Shown here: piece by piece, positions 63,295 to 64,000 of the stretch
Layout of the letters: each line of letters opens with the position of its first letter
Position numbering within the stretch: position 1 is the first letter of the stretch
Assembly (NCBI GenBank): GCA_028023455.1
Contig: JAQFVV010000009.1
Coordinates: 17,794,001 to 17,858,000, forward strand
From: Epiperipatus broadwayi
Taxonomy: Eukaryota; Animalia; Onychophora
Length of the DNA stretch: 64,000 nucleotides
Reading direction: 5' to 3'
Translations under genes and position numbers: made by a program
Notes under the pieces: model-generated
The model's database searches: none
Seen by the model: the letters and a program-made list of their open reading frames with translations, nothing else
What the model was told of the DNA's origin: nothing

Positions 63295-64000
63295 TACACC
63301 TGCGTCTCGTTTTATGCGATAGATAGGTTCCTCAGAAAACACGCGCAAAAATAGACGTAACTTACCTTGAAAAAGGGGGGATACGAACTGTGATTTTTCA
63401 AAAATCGCATAAAAGCAAAGCACCAACGTAAAATTACTTTAAAATTGGCGCAAAAAAAAAATAAGGAAATAAAATATGACTAATAAAAAATTTCAAATTT
63501 GAAAAAAATTGATACAAGACAAACTTTTTTTAACTATAATATTTAATTTTATTCAAAACAATATATTTTTATGCATAATTTACAATACAGTAATTGACAT
63601 TTTTTATACATGTTTTAATTATTATTGCTACTTGCCGATAAACAGGTTCATTTGCAAACTGGTAAAAAAATCAGATTCTTCACAAGAGGAAATACAACTA
63701 GCACTGACTTCACTCTCATGTTGTGTTAATGGTTTTCTGATGACAACGTAATTAGTAATTAATCTTTGAGATGATGATTTTATTAATTGTTTATGAAGCT
63801 CGCGATATCCAGACATACAACCATTTAGCTCTCGTTGGAATTTAAGAGCATGTTCGTGATTAGTGTCATTAATAAGAAAATAATTAAAAATAAACTTGCG
63901 GGCACTAAATGATTAATAATTGATTACGTTCTTTTTTAAAAAGCAAAAACAGAATTTGATATAAAATGCAAAATTAACACACACAATGTTTGAACAAATT
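63295..64000 (-). mobile_element. 3' end of a Tigger/pogo-like DNA transposon (continues beyond the window)
   Basis: TA followed by a Tigger-like terminus cacctgcgtctcgttttatgcga. Minus-strand SGYRELHKQLIKSSSQRLITNY resembles the Tigger C-terminal CYREIxxEKKxxxxQTxLxxFF. Confidence 0.55.

Noticed and set aside
1-64000. CRISPR array, operons or other prokaryotic systems
   Set aside because: No regularly spaced short direct repeats with unique spacers, no dense long ORFs and no rRNA-like sequence. Composition and TE content are those of a eukaryotic nuclear genome.

Overview
Very AT-rich eukaryotic DNA, most likely an invertebrate (probably arthropod) nuclear genome region, made up mostly of intron-like or intergenic sequence littered with decayed transposable elements. 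I see no prokaryotic gene structure and no CRISPR array. Almost every ORF in the supplied track is a transposon fragment or a chance AT-rich frame. Recognisable remnants: two Penelope-like retroelements (RT + GIY-YIG), several RTE-clade LINEs, one L1/Tx1-like LINE, an internally deleted mariner, a decayed Buster-type hAT plus two ~495-bp non-autonomous hAT copies with intact TIRs and 8-bp TSDs, an old Gypsy LTR element with a nested pogo-like insertion, a Tigger/pogo end, three tRNA-Gly-derived SINE-like copies and a probable ancient mitochondrial ND5 insertion (NUMT). A few short, frame-compatible candidate exons suggest a long-intron plus-strand host gene that I cannot name. The most interesting signal is a ~450-bp repeat at 35.1-36.2 kb, present in direct and head-to-head inverted copies. 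Its copies carry a minimal type I hammerhead ribozyme motif with compensatory changes in stem II (Penelope pseudo-LTR or retrozyme-like). There are also several foldback or palindromic elements (27.5, 39.7-40.4 and 48.8 kb). All family calls come from manual translation and motif recall, not database searches. Coordinates of decayed elements are approximate.
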